NCBI RefSeq assembly: GCF_018350175.1
Contig: NC_058368.1
Coordinates: 198,402,001 to 198,466,000, forward strand
Direction: 5' to 3'
Length of the DNA stretch: 64,000 nt
Origin: Felis catus
Taxonomy: Eukaryota
This document shows, piece by piece, positions 63,901 through 64,000 of the stretch. How positions within the stretch are numbered: the stretch's first letter is position 1; each line of letters starts with the position of its first letter. The position numbers and the translations under genes were made by a program. The notes under the pieces were generated by a model. The model was not told where the DNA came from, did not search any database, and saw nothing but the letters and a program-made list of their open reading frames with translations.

Positions 63901-64000
63901 CAGGTTTATCTCTGAGTGGATACTCTGAATAAATCTAAGATCTCGGCTCCCCTCCCTAACTGCTGTCTCGCTACCTGGCAAATAACACATAAAATTTCCT

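Larger units (their letters stand above)
45934..64000 (-). other. SNX18: SNX18 last intron (partial; donor and upstream exon outside the window)
   Basis: Sequence upstream of the acceptor has no recognisable SH3, PX or BAR coding sequence or CpG-island promoter, and is repeat-rich. Confidence 0.8.

Noticed and set aside
1..64000. A novel multi-gene system, CRISPR array or prokaryote-type operon
   Set aside because: This is repeat-rich mammalian DNA. There is no regularly spaced repeat-spacer array and no cluster of credible ORFs.

Overview
This is mammalian genomic DNA from a felid, most likely cat. The evidence is many carnivore tRNA-derived SINEs of the SINEC_Fc type and cat-like L1 3' ends. 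The only protein-coding sequence I can support is the last coding exon of SNX18 (sorting nexin 18) on the minus strand, 45933-45680. It is followed by an AT-rich 3' UTR of about 3.4 kb with tandem poly(A) signals, ending near 42240. Positions 45934-64000 are SNX18 intron; the upstream exon and promoter lie beyond the right edge. Positions 1 to about 42200 look like intergenic DNA rich in SINE, L1, L2, MIR, MaLR/ERVL LTR and DNA-transposon remnants. Nearly all ORFs in the supplied track are repeat-derived or chance ORFs. I found no convincing evidence of a novel multi-gene biological system. The most notable items are local: a (TG)10-T22 splice acceptor, a Tigger-like MITE and miRNA seed sites in the SNX18 3' UTR, an orphan CpG-rich patch, an ETS/GATA/AP-1 motif cluster, young retrotransposon insertions with perfect target-site duplications (TSDs), nested insertions and small duplication scars. 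Repeat subfamily names come from recalled consensus sequences, not a database search, and old-repeat boundaries are approximate.
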